NCBI GenBank assembly: GCA_002269645.1
Contig: NIVC01000151.1
Span: forward strand, 372,001 to 436,000
From: Macrostomum lignano
Lineage: Eukaryota
Direction of reading: 5' to 3'
DNA length: 64,000 nt
The notes beneath the pieces were generated by a model. The model made no database searches. It saw only the letters and a list, made by a program, of their open reading frames with translations, and was not told the origin of the DNA. A program made the translations under genes and the position numbers. Shown piece after piece: positions 1 through 20,327 of the stretch. Each line of letters opens with the position of its first letter. The first letter of the stretch is position 1.

Positions 1-180
1 ACGTCCGTGCTTAATAGTTTTAGAGCACTATCGAGGGTGTCAGATCCAGGGTGTCAGATCCAGGGTGTCAGATCCAGGGTGTCAGATCTAGGGTGTGAAA
101 TCTAGGGCGTGAAATCCACGGTGTCAGATCCAGGGTGTCAGATCCAGGATGTCGGGTCCAGGGCCCGTCAGGTTACTCAC

Positions 181-3100
181 AGCCAGCATGGTGGCGGTGG
201 AGCCGCCGGCCAGCACTCCGTAAGGCACTTTCGACTGCGCCATCAGCTCCTGCAGGCTGCCGAACTTGGCGGAAGCCGTCGGGCGGCCAGCCATCAGGCG
301 GGTCGCCAGGCCAGCCGTGTAGCAGCAGGCGGTGGCCAGGGCAAACAGCCACCAGGCGAAGGCCAAGGCGCGGGCCGAGGGGGCCTTCGGGGTGCGCGCG
401 AAGCCTGAGGGTTTCAGGAATTCGCAGAACACGGATTAAACATCACAGATTAAACATCACAGATTAAACATCACAGATTAAACATCACAGATTAAACATC
501 ACAGATTAAACATCACAGATTAAACATCACAGATTAAACATCACAGATTAAACATCACAGATTAAACATCACAGATTAAACATCACAGATTAAACATCAC
601 AGATTAAACATCACAGATTAAACATCACAGATTAAACATCACAGATTAAACATCACAGATTAAACATTACAGATTAAACATCACAAATTTAGCATCACAG
701 GTTAAAAATCCACGACTGCATCCTCACCCTGGATGAAGAGGCCGCCAGTGATGAACGCGAAGGCTCCGCAGCCGGCTTTCCTCGCTTTGGCGACGGTCGA
801 GGAGGCGCTGCCGGCGCTGCCGCCCAGTTCGTAGGGGGACAGCAGGAAGAGGACGAAGGCCAGGCCGAGGTAGATGATGTAAACCAGCAGTAGCAGCACC
901 CAGGTCTATTGGGAGAGTAAAACAATATGATTTTGCACAATTTTGAATGTTGAAACTTAGAGAGCAAGCAAACCAGGCCTTAATGGACCCAATCACCTGG
1001 AAGGAATTCGAAAGAGAACTTGTGGTGCCGGAGCGCTGAGCTCTAGGCACTGACTAACTAACTATCTTATGCTATGTACGTACGTGCACACCATTCTTTC
1101 CTCTCCCTTCACTCTGACTGGCCATACCCCTAAGCTTCCATGTACTTGTACGTAGTTGATTGTCATCACGTGACTCTATTTTGGTGTTCTATCAGCCACT
1201 GCTCGAGTCATTATTATATAGGCTACTTGCTAGTTCAAATAAACCTTGAGTTTCTTTATGCCAACTACACGGCACGACAGAACTGAACAAAATGAAAAAC
1301 GGCGCACCAGGAGAAGACGAATTAAGACTGATCTACATCAAGACAGCGTGTGAAACAGTAAGAAAAGAATGTTCATTGAAATAACCAGACTGTGGACGGA
1401 ATCGGCGACGAAATGGGGAGAAGGACAAAAGCTAGGACTCATCATCCCGTTACACAAAAAAGGAGACAAAAAATACCTAAACAATTATCGGGGTGCCTGC
1501 CTACTACCGATGACAAGTAGGATCTTGGCAAGAATTATCGCAACCCGAATCAACAGGTGGGCGGAAGAGACCAACTGCCTGGACGAGAATCAAGCGGGTT
1601 TCAGGCGGGACAGGTCGACGATGGACGCCACTCAGACATCCTCAGACTACAGGAAGACGCGAAACTGATCAAAAGATCAGCGGAAATGCAGAGAATGGGA
1701 ACGAAGATGAAGTTAGCGGAGACAGCGATACCGTGGTTAAATTTCTGGATCTAAAAAAAGCATATCCGAGAGTAAACAAGCCAGCACTCTGGCGACTACT
1801 CGCACACCACGAGATGCCAGACAAAATGATCGAGAAACTAAAGGGCCTACATGAGCACACCGCATACAAAGTACACACGGAGAATGGGGATAGTCACATA
1901 TTTTTCCCACACCGGATTACATGAAGGATGCGCGAACTCACCCGTACTTTTTAACATCTACCATCAGGCGGTCATGAGAGCGGCAGAAACAGAAAGAAAG
2001 ACCACAGCAGCAAACAGAGGCGAAGAAGTTGGGATTGAATGGACCTATCTGCCAGGAAAAGACTGACCACCACAGAGAAACTATAAGTTCACGGAAGAAT
2101 CAACCAACCACGCGGATCACCTGCTCCCTGTTCGCGGATGATACCGCGGTGATTGGCGGAAAGAAAGAAATCGAAGAAGGAACGACGACGGTGAAGACAG
2201 TCTTGGGATGGCTAGAAGAAAGAACGAACGACGCGAAAGAAGAGACAGCAACAGTTAGGAACAGCAGAGAGCAATAGAATCCGAATGCTGAGGGTGTGGC
2301 TCGGAGACAAAGAAGACATCCACCAGAGACTTCAGAGAGCAGCAAGCGCCTGGGCAAAAGTTAAGAAGCGACTCAGAAGAACCAGACTAACGAACGCACT
2401 CAAGCGAGAGTGATCGAAGCATGCATCGAAAGCACGCTCACGTTCAACGCAGGAGCTAAACCCTTCAAAAAAGCGATATCAATCAACTCCAAAGAATTAT
2501 GGATAGTATTACATATTTGGAGCAGCAAAACTAAAGAACCTCTGCGGGAGATGGAAGAAAGACAGGTTAATATGTGGGACGTGAGACGAGAAATCGGGAT
2601 AAAAAGCATTCAAAGAAAAATCGAAACGGCACACTGGAGGAGACTAGGTCACGTACTGAGATTTCCAGACTCCAGCTTAACGAAAATCTGTGTCATGGGA
2701 TGGAACAAGAGATTAGAATCAATGAAAAGACCAAAGAAAAGGATGACTACGCTAATTACGTACTGGAGAAAACTCATTAGAAAGGCCAAACTCGAACCAC
2801 TCAGAGACGGACAGCTCGCGAACAAAAGAGAAGTGGAGGGAAATCACCAAAGATCGGGACGCCGAGTGGGATACGATTGAACGAGAGAGAAGTAAAACCA
2901 AGGGAAGAGCCGAAGAAGAACCAGAAAACCAAAGAGAACTACCAATGGAGGAAAACGAACTCATTGGCTTCAGGTGCTGGGAGGACGGATGCGAGAAAAC
3001 ATGCAGATCAAGAGGAGGACTAGCCATCCACAGGAACGTATGCACAGACAAGAGACCGGAATAAGAATGGACTGCAAGAGGTGTGATAGATTTTTTAAGA

Positions 3101-5717
3101 CGTAAGCGACGAGAAAAAACCATGAGAAATGGTGCACAGGAGGCAGAGTAGAGGGAACCAGGAGAGAATGCAACAGCTGCAAGAGATGGATAAGCAAATC
3201 AAATTATGCAAGACTCAGAAAGGGATGCGAGGCGAACGACCAGATAAGCGAGAGACCAACGACGAATGAGGAAGCGACGAGGATGGTAGCGAGAATGTAC
3301 AAAAGCAAGAGGAAAGAGGGAAGATATTGCAAGAGGTGGCTGGCAACGACGAATATGGCGAGACATGGGAGAATTTGCGGCGAGTAAGTCTATGGGGAGA
3401 GTTAAAAAAGATGATTTTGCACAATGTTGAATGCCTGTGAGGAGACCTTCGGGACCTTTGGAAACTTCCAGACAGCAGGACCTTTGGGTGGCACCTGTCT
3501 GCTGATTGAGGCCCCAGTCACAGCTAGCTAGGGCCGAGTGATTCGGTCAGTGTCCAGGGAACCGCAGAACTCACCGAGGCGTCGAACGGCTGCAGCAGCA
3601 GGGCGGCCTGCGAGGTCTGCGAGGCCGCCTCCTTGTACAGCAGCGACAGGCCCGAGGAGGAGATCGGCAGCGTGAAGTCCACGGCTTCCAGCCGTTTGGG
3701 CATGATGCGCAGAGTGGCCAGGGTCAGGTCTGCCGTCTGCGGGACAGGTGGCTGGCTTCTGTGACCCATTGACTCATACAGACTGGCACCCAGTGACTCA
3801 CTGACTGTCACCGAGTGGCTCACACAGACTGTCACCCAGTGACTCACACAGACTGTAACCCAGTGACTCATACAGAATGTCACCCAGTGACTCATACGGA
3901 CTGTCACCGAGTGGCTCACACAGGCTGTAACCCAGTGATTCATACAGACTGCAACCCAGTGACTCATACAGACTGTCACCCAGTGACTCATACAGAATGT
4001 CACCGAGTGACTCACACAGACTGTCACCGAGTGACTCATACGGACTGTCACCGAGTGGCTCACACAGACTGTAACCCAGTGACTCATACAGACTGTAACC
4101 CAGTGACTCATAGAGACTGTAACCCAGTGACTCATACAGAATGTCACCGAATGACTCACACAGACTGTCACCGAGTGACTCACACAGACTGGCACCCAGT
4201 GACTCACACTGACTGTCACCCATTGACTCACACAGACTGTTACCCAGTGACTCACACAGACTGTCACCCAGTGACTCGCACGCCAGACTTGAGCAGAATT
4301 TTCCTCTAAACTCAAAGTCGATCAACTTGATAAATTACTCCAACCGAACGACGCCGCAGTCCCAGACTCGCATCGTTCGCATCTTCTCTCCCTTCCATCA
4401 CCCACCTTGTTCACGATGTCACCCATCAGGCCGTTCCAGACCCCCTTCGGCGAGCGGGATCCGAACTTGCTGTCGGCTACCTCGTAGATTCGGTAGCGAA
4501 ATTTCAGCTCCCGCTGCAGGAGGTTCAGCAGGTCGATGTAGAAGCCCTCGTATCTGACCGGGTCCGAGTCTTCCACCCGCATCACGAAGGGCTTTTGCTG
4601 CACGTAGGGTTTATCGGATGGGGCGTGGCTAGCGCTTAGGTTTAGTATACAGGGTTTGAATTAAGATTTTAGGGTTCACAGTTGAGGACTGGACCAGGGT
4701 TCAATACAAAGGGCTCAAGGCTCAGGTCAGGGTTCAGGGTTTAGAGTTCAGGATACAGGGTTCGGGGTTCAGGGTTCCCGGGCTCAGGGTCTAGGGTCCA
4801 GGGTTCAGGGCTCAGACTTCAGGATTCAGGGTTCAGGGTTCAGAGTTCAGGGTTCAGGGTTGGGTCCAGGGTCCAGGGTTCAGGGTACAGAGTACAGGGT
4901 TCAGGGTTCAGCTTTGGTTTGAAACCTTGAAACCTTTAAAAACCTTTACTCTTCAAACCAAGGGTCCAGGGTTCAGGGTTCAGGGTTCAGGGTCTAGGGT
5001 ACAGGGTTCGGGTTCAGGTTACAGGGTTTAGGGTTCAGGGTTCAAGGTACAGGGTTCAGGGTTCAGCTTTGGTTTGAAACCTTCAAACCTTTGAAAACCT
5101 TTACTCTTCAAACCAAGGGTCCAGGGTTCAGGTTCAGGGTCTAGGGTACAGGGTTCGGGGTTCAAGGTACAGGGTTCAGGGTTCAGAGTTCAGGGTTCAG
5201 GGTCCAGGGTCCAGGGTCTAGGGTCCAGGGTTCAGGGTTCAGAGTTTGGAGTTCAAGGTCCAGGGTTCAGTGTTCAGACTTCAGGGTTCAGGGTCCAGGC
5301 TTCATATTTCAGGATCCAGGGTCCAGGGTCCAGGGTCTAGGGTCTAGGGTCTAGGTTCTAGGGTCTAGGGTTCAGACTTCAGGATTCAAGGTTTCAGAGT
5401 TCAGGGTATAGGGTTCAGAGTTCAGGGTTAAGGATTTAGGGTACATACAGGGTACAGGGTTCAGGGTTCAGTATTTATAGTTTATGGACCTATGGGAATA
5501 AACGCCCTGACACTATAATTCTGAGATGTTCTGGACTCTGGGATTTGGCAACCGTTAACCCAGACTCAATACGCAATCCAGCATTGAGGGTCTCCCAGCT
5601 CACCGTGATGGTGACAACGCGGAGCTCTCGGTTCTCAAGGTCGGCCGCTCCGGCCTGGGATGCGGCCAGGTGGCAGCAGCAGGCGAGCAGCAGCAGCGTC
5701 AGCAGTCGGCAGCTCAT
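181..5717 (-). CDS. Divergent ionotropic glutamate receptor-like subunit lacking the amino-terminal domain; 5 exons in window, 3' part beyond the left edge
   Basis: Exons (minus): 5717-5604 (MSCRLLTLLLLACCCHLAASQAGAADLENRELRVVTIT, signal peptide), 4597-4406 (QKPFVM..EGFYIDLL..WNGLMGDIVNK, S1), 3736-3575 (TADLTLATLRIMPKRLEAVDFTLP), 905-728 (M1 TWVLLLLVYIIYLGLAFVLFLLSPYE, M2 FITGGLFIQG), 404-181 (M3 WWLFALATACCYTAGLATRL, start of S2 YGVLAGGST). All junctions are GT-AG and phase-compatible. Confidence 0.9.
432..690. repeat. 14-bp tandem repeat (GATTAAACATCACA)n in iGluR intron; another 14-bp array (CAGGGTGTCAGATC) lies at ~35-150
   Basis: Direct reading; near-perfect units. Confidence 0.95.
950..3387 (+). 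mobile_element. 5'-truncated, frameshifted non-LTR retrotransposon (RTE-like clade), antisense within an iGluR intron
   Basis: RT motifs spread over several frames: KMKNGAPGED, NYRGACLL, ENQAGFRRDRST, FLDLKKAYPRV, GCANSPVLFNIY, LFADDT, plus RTE-type RLGHVLR and a C-terminal Cys/His segment. Flanked by a 46-bp direct repeat (904-949 vs 3388-3433, 41/46 identical). Confidence 0.88.
1021..1279. mobile_element. Solo LTR (259 bp) inserted into the LINE
   Basis: Ends TGTGGTGCCG...CGGCACGACA (9/10 inverted match, TG..CA) with a 5-bp TSD GAACT at 1016-1020 and 1280-1284. Internal TATA-like and AATAAA motifs. The LINE reading frame (EFERELNKMKNG) rejoins when it is removed. Confidence 0.88.
3765..4275. 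repeat. 24-bp minisatellite (GACTCACACAGACTGTCACCCAGT-like), intronic
   Basis: Direct reading; explains repeat ORFs 3524-4325. Confidence 0.95.
4690..5470. repeat. Degenerate 7-bp (TTCAGGG/TCCAGGG/TCTAGGG) telomere-like satellite, intronic
   Basis: Direct reading. Confidence 0.9.
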
Positions 5718-5817
5718 GACGTCTCGGTGCAGGGCGGTGGCGAGTCAGTGAGCTCAGAGTCGGTGAGCACAGAGTCAGTGAGCTCAGAGTCAGTGAGCCC
5801 CAGCTCAGCGCAGCCAG

Positions 5818-5824
5818 TTTTATA
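5818..5824 (-). promoter_or_regulatory. Candidate TATA box of the ATD-less iGluR
   Basis: TATAAAA on the minus strand ~100 bp upstream of the ATG at 5717, in GC-rich context. Confidence 0.5.
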
Positions 5825-6062
5825 GGCCTGGCCGGTGGCGCCGGACTGGAGATCGGGGGGGGGAGATCTGGGAATTTTTCCTATTGACTGGGGCTGAGAC
5901 GCGGATTATTATCCCATTGGGATAAATTATGGATGCACCTGTCACCAGGCAGAGATACTGGCTGATAGGGGAGCGCGCTGGGTCAAGGAGATCTGGGAGC
6001 AGAGTCTGGAGTAGGGCTCTCCTTAAAAGCTCATCCTCAGACTCGAGAGGGCCGGGTTTCAT

Positions 6063-6870
6063 GTCACGGAGTCTCTGCGTCACGGAGTCTCTGCGTCACG
6101 GAGTCTCTGCGTCACGGAGTCTCTGCGTCACGGAGTCTCTGCGTCACGGAGTCTCTGCGTCACGGAGTCTCTGCGTCACGGAGTCTCTGCGTCACGGAGT
6201 CTCTGCGTCACGGAGTCTCTGCGTCACGGAGTCTCTGCGTCACGGAGTCTCTGCGTCACGGAGTCTCTGCGTCACGGAGTCTCTGCGTCACGGAGTCTCT
6301 GCGTCACGGAGTCTCTGCGTCACGGAGTCTCTGCGTCACGGAGTCTCTGCGTCACGGAGTCTCTGCGTCACGGAGTCTCTGCGTCACGGAGTCTCTGCGT
6401 CACGGAGTCTCTGCGTCACGGAGTCTCTGCGTCACGGAGTCTCTGCGTCACGGAGTCTCTGCGTCACGGAGTCTCTGCGTCACGGAGTCTCTGCGTCACG
6501 GAGTCTCTGCGTCACGGAGTCTCTGCGTCACGGAGTCTCTGCGTCACGGAGTCTCTGCGTCACGGAGTCTCTGCGTCACGGAGTCTCTGCGTCACGGAGT
6601 CTCTGCGTCACGGAGTCTCTGCGTCACGGAGTCTCTGCGTCACGGAGTCTCTGCGTCACGGAGTCTCTGCGTCACGGAGTCTCTGCGTCACGGAGTCTCT
6701 GCGTCACGGAGTCTCTGCGTCACGGAGTCTCTGCGTCACGGAGTCTCTGCGTCACGGAGTCTCTGCGTCACGGAGTCTCTGCGTCACGGAGTCTCTGCGT
6801 CACGGAGTCTCTGCGTCACGGAGTCTCTGCGTCACGGAGTCTCTGCGTCACGGAGTCTCTGCGTCACGGA
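6063..6870. repeat. Perfect 16-bp array (GTCACGGAGTCTCTGC) x50
   Basis: Direct reading; no variant units seen. Confidence 0.97.
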
Positions 6871-7179
6871 ATGGAATAGAATGTACGACAGGATGCAATA
6901 TTTATTACATTTGGCATGAATTGTTAAATGTCGTTTTCAATTGTAAGAAAAAGTCAATAATCTTAATGTTTTTAATTTTGATAGTAAAAATTTGGACCAA
7001 CGAATTTCAGGGTGAGCACACGCTCCGCCCCGCAGCGGATTTCTCATTTTAGAGGGCGCCTGAAAATGCGGGTACTGGGGAGGAGCTTCCAGTCCAGATG
7101 CTAGGTCAGGTCTCCCTGGCTCAGGGGAAGCCCTGGGATCGCAGGTAGCCAGTTCCTCTTAGATACCCAAGCAGCCTCT

Positions 7180-7375
7180 TGACTCACCCTGAGCTCACGG
7201 GGAGGATGGATGGGATATTGACTCACCCTGAGCTCACGGGGAGGATGGATGGGATATTGACTCACCCTGAGCTCACGGGGAGGATGGATGGGATATTGAC
7301 TCACCCTGAGCTCACGGGGAGGATGGATGGGATATTGACTCACCCTGAGCTCACGGGGAGGATGGATGGGATATG
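7180..7375. repeat. 39-bp tandem repeat x~5
   Basis: TGACTCACCCTGAGCTCACGGGGAGGATGGATGGGATAT units. Confidence 0.9.
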
Positions 7376-8059
7376 GGATATCAAGCGGCTGGGAAGGAAT
7401 GTTTTCTCAACTGCGGGCTGGCACAAGGAGAACTAATCCGCCTCGACTCCTCTGAGCAGTTTAAAAACTCCGATTCAGCCGCCGATGAGCGGAGCCTGTG
7501 CTGCGGCCGCCGAAGGGTTTTTCAGGAGGGGGGTTGCAGCGCCACATGACCCCCTTATTTTCACCTAGGAACAGCTGACCAGCTGACCCATTTTGACCTT
7601 CCCTGGATGGCTCGTCCACTGCAGTTTAAGCGACGATCGCAACGGCAGGAGGCAGCTGCCCCCTCTGCCACTGCCCTAATTAGTGACAATGAGATTCCGC
7701 AGGAGTTTCCCAACCCCAGACTGCAGGCTCAGAGCTCCTTGGACAGAAGTCATTAGCCGCTCCCCAATGTTTATAGCCCACCGGGCGCCTGAGCAAATGC
7801 AATTTGCGTTAATTGCTAGCGGGCGCCCCGACCCCCGCATGAGCTGCGGAGTGCCTCTCCGGCTGACAGCAACCGGTGACGGAATTTTCCACGGCTCTGA
7901 TGGGGGGAGACAAATGAGTCTCAGAGAACCGCGAGCTGCCCTTTGTTTGAATACTCTGATGGCAGTCGGCAGGGACTGGGAATGCGGGCCGCTTCTGGGC
8001 CACGGATGGATTGACCAGGACCCGTTCCCATCACTTATTGCGATCACCGATTCCACATC

Positions 8060-8493
8060 ACGGATTCCCCATCACCGATTCCCCATCATCCATTCCCATC
8101 ACCCATTCCCCATCACCCATTCCCCATCACCCATTCCCCATCACCCATTCCCCATCACCCATTCCCCATCACCCATCACCCATTCCCATCACCCATTCCC
8201 CATCACCCATCACCCATTCCCCATCACCCATCACCCATTCCCCATCACCCATTCCCCATCACCCATCACCCATTCCCATCACCCATTCCCCATCACCCAT
8301 CACCCATTCCCCATCACCCATTCCCCATCACCCATCACCCATTCCCCATCACCCATTCCCCATCACCCATTCCCCATCACCCATTCCCCATCACCCATCA
8401 CCCATTCCCATCACCCATTCCCCATCACCGATTCCCCATCATCCATTCCCCATCACCGATTCCCCATCACCCATTCCCCATCACCCATCACCC
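8060..8493. repeat. C-rich (CATCACCCATTCCC)-like low-complexity array, with a second patch at ~8855-8932
   Basis: Direct reading; explains the PITH/HHP ORFs. Confidence 0.9.
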
Positions 8494-9269
8494 ATTTTTT
8501 TTAGATGCAGGGGGGTTGTGTGCACCCTGGCGCACTTTAAGCGACATAGACACACAACCGGCGAGAGGCATTACTGCCAATTCCGCCGACTCCCCTGAGC
8601 AGGCACACAAGCGCGCGGATACGTACGCAGGCACACACTCACACAGGAGTGTACAGCGGCACTTTATTTTATCGTTAGGCATGTACACTTCACTGCGCCT
8701 TGGGGGGTTGGCTCTCAAGGCCGTTAACTGCACGAGCAGAGCCAAGCCGAGATTCCAATTCAGCCCCAAATTAATGTGACTGCACTTGGAATCGAGCCTG
8801 GGTCGCTGGCACACCAGAGCAGCTGCGCTACCGCTGGGCTACGGCCCCCCCTACCCATCACCCATTCCCATCACCCATTCCCCATCACCCATCACCCATT
8901 CCCATCACCCATTCCCCATCACCCATTCCCATCAAATCCTTGATTGGTTATTAAAGAGTAGACAACATCTGACGCGCTTCTCAGCCAGAAATCTGAACAG
9001 ACGCAGCAGTGGCGGGTCCGGATTTCTCATAGCTACAGATTTATCTGCGCAGTCAAAGCAGTGGTTAATTATTCAATAGCTGGGGAGACAATGTGCGAGA
9101 TTGTTTTAAACAAATCTTTGCGACGCATTTCAAGCAGAGTCCCAGTGAATTCCATGGTCACGCGCTGAGAGCCGAAGAGTTCCGAAAGTTCATGAGTCCT
9201 AGCGAGCCAAAAGTCAGTTGCTAGGAGTCAAAGACTGTCCAAATCAGGCGGGACTGGCCGTTGAGTCGC

Positions 9270-17582
<8,313 letters not shown>

Positions 17583-18413
17583 CCTGCCTGCAGCGGTTGT
17601 CAGTTGGGATTTGCGTCAGGCCCGGATATCTGAGGATTCGGCATCGGAGGATTTGCTTTCGCGTGCGGCGGCAAGTCCCGGCGGGAATTAATGCAGCAGC
17701 GGAGTATCGGGCCGGCCTGGGCGAGCAGCCCGCAGCGACTTCGCCTGATTGTGCGGGGGGGCGGACGGGGGGGCAGGAGAGCCCCCGGGACCAGTCAGGA
17801 TGGGGATTCGGAAGGCTCCCAACAACTGGGCAAAGTGCATGCAGATAACAGAAGAGGACCGGGCGCCCGCGGTTCCCGTGGCTGCATGGGGATTTCTGCA
17901 GCCGGAGGATAATGATGCCGGATTGGGGAGTCTGCAGCGACCGCCAGATCCCCAGGCCAGCGCAGATCAGCAACAAGCCTAAGCGGGCGGAAAGTTACTC
18001 TCGAGCCTCCAGCTGACTGTTCCAAGCCGGTAGGGATTTGTGGCCCAGATTCGCTGGGGCCTGGCTGCAATTTCTAGGAAACGAGTAGGCGGCTTACCTG
18101 GCAGTGCAGCGGTGAGGAGCGGGGAAGGTCCTGCCTGGGCCAGACCCGAGCCACTTGTTTATACGGGCGCCTGTTGCGGGCGGGCCGGGCAAGTGCGCAG
18201 GCCGGGCCAAGGAGGAGAAAAGTGGGCGAGCGAATTCGCGACCGGCCAGGAGTGGCACAAGAAGTGGCGGCTTCCCTTCCGCCCGGCGCTGGGGGGATTT
18301 TTTGCTGATCTGCGAAATTCCCCCGCCCCAACAAACCTACGGAACTGAGCGAATAATGCGGGAAAATTTCCCTGAAAACTATTCGGCTGAGGGCAGCGAA
18401 GTGGGCCCGAAGG

Positions 18414-18414
18414 T

Positions 18415-18448
<34 letters not shown>
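18414..18448. repeat. (GA)n tract in the GC-rich divergent region between the iGluR and DEG/ENaC genes
   Basis: Direct reading; GAGA-type element is possible. Confidence 0.8.
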
Positions 18449-18449
<1 letters not shown>

Positions 18450-18862
18450 GTTGGGGGACTGGGAGCTCCCGGAATTTCGCTCCACAGGACTGGAGCGACT
18501 GGGGGCAGCCATGCAGGCCGGAATCAGGGGGATCCAGTGGGGCGCCCAGTGGGAATCGAGGTGGGGATTTCCAGACTTGCTGCCTACTGGCTGTAGACTG
18601 CTGTCTGGAGCTCGGGGCGAACACTTAAATATGCCAGTTTGATTTCTTGGCTTGGCTTCCTGAGTCCATGGCCCTATGGATGCGGAGTCTCAAACCTCTG
18701 CTCGACTGTGCCTCTGGGCATGTGATCTACCTTTAGAGTCAACCTCATTACTTAATTAGCCCTATACCAATGTAGAGAGGGATTCGGTAGCTGCGGGTGG
18801 GAATGATAACTCTGGTGGGAAAAGAGGATGTTTTGAGGCTTTACTGGGACGCCAGAGCCTCA

Positions 18863-19140
18863 GTGGGTCACCGGAGTCTCACTGGGTCACCGGAGTCTCA
18901 CTGGGTCACCGGAGCCTCAGTGGGTCACCGGAGCCTCACTGGGTCACCGGAGTCTCACTGGGTCACCGGAGTCTCACTGGGTCACCGGAGTCTCACTGGG
19001 TCACCGGAGTCTCACTGGGTCACCGGAGCCTCACTGGGTCACCGGAGTCTCACTGGGTCACCGGAGGCTCACTGGGTCACCGGAGTCTCACTGGGTCACC
19101 GGAGCCTCACTGGGTCACCGGAGCCTCACTGGGTCACTGG
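18863..19140. repeat. 19-bp array (GGGTCACCGGAGTCTCACT)n
   Basis: Direct reading. Confidence 0.93.
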
Positions 19141-20327
19141 AGTGTCACGGGTTCACTGTGAGTATCACGAGTTGACTGGAGTGTCACGGGTTCACCGAAG
19201 GATCAATGATAACGAGTTACATAAAAGGGCTGAGCTATGCACTGAGAACTTCATGGCCATCTCGAGCACCCATTAGCCATGAATACGTAACGAGTTGCAG
19301 CAGCAAATAAGCTCATCATCCTATACAGGACACGGGCTGCAGGAGCTCTTCTGTCAGCAAACACCACTATATCGTGTTGACACAGGAACTGCTGCAGGTG
19401 GCTGCTCGTTCAGAACTCACTGCCGTGCGGGCTAGAGAAGTGAACTTTAATGCCTGGCGCTGACTGCCCGGGAGTCCTGTCCCTAACGCTCGTATTGAAA
19501 CAACTTTCGGCCTTGAATATAATACATGTACATGCGATTCAATCAAGAAATGATTATGTTCAAGGTAGCTCATATTCAAGAATTCATGTGTCAGCAACTG
19601 CCTTTCAGAGTTCCCTTTTCTTCCCTTTTCTTCTATTTACACAGACAATTATATATAATTGCCCAGCAGGATATCAAAGCTGCAATCAAGCCTTACTGTG
19701 TAGCCAAAGATAACCATTGGTCTAGCTAACTCAGTGACTACGAGTATGGCCTATCCTTGTGAAACTTTCTGGTCTTTCTGGTAACAACCCACCCCGACCT
19801 TTCACCCAATTATTAAAGCCATTCGCGTATCTCGGTATGTTCATGACCAATCTTTTGTGGTATTTCTCCCTTAATTATTACGTGATAAACGATAAATCTC
19901 TGGGTCCGATGGGGTATAAAGGCGACGAAACGAGGTTTTCATGCCGGGGTTGCTGTTGCACAGTGCATACATATGTATGCAAGCGGCCGCCTCGCCCCGA
20001 ATGAAACTGGGACACTGAAATTCTGGCTAATTCAAACACATTCAGTGGCTCCGCGATTGCTCCAAAAAGTTTGCGAAGACAAATTCAATGCGCCTCGGAG
20101 GACCGGCCCGCAGTGCGCTTCTGCCAGCAAACATCGGCCTGGCGCTGACTGCCCAGGAGTCCTGTCCCTAATGCATCGGTCAACATTGCGACCAGCATAT
20201 ACCAGAAGCATTGAGCCTAGAATGTGTTGCCATGGCAACGCAAATACAACTTTCCTGCTACATTTAGGCCACATCTAGCTACATCAGGCAGCTGCTTTTT
20301 GCGAGAAACTCAGCCTGAGCTCAAGCA

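Noticed and set aside
5929-6879. 316-aa repeat ORF, and similar ORFs at 3524-4325, 16618-17560, 24584-25607, 30906-31464, 39559-40083, 40433-41344, 43711-45059 and 63282-63665
   Set aside because: All are stop-free frames through tandem repeats, mostly inside introns defined by flanking exons.
19450-20172. ~37-bp direct repeat (CCTGGCGCTGACTGCCC.GGAGTCCTGTCCCTAA) at ~19453 and ~20138
   Set aside because: Real, but only two short copies with no element structure; likely a dispersed repeat fragment.
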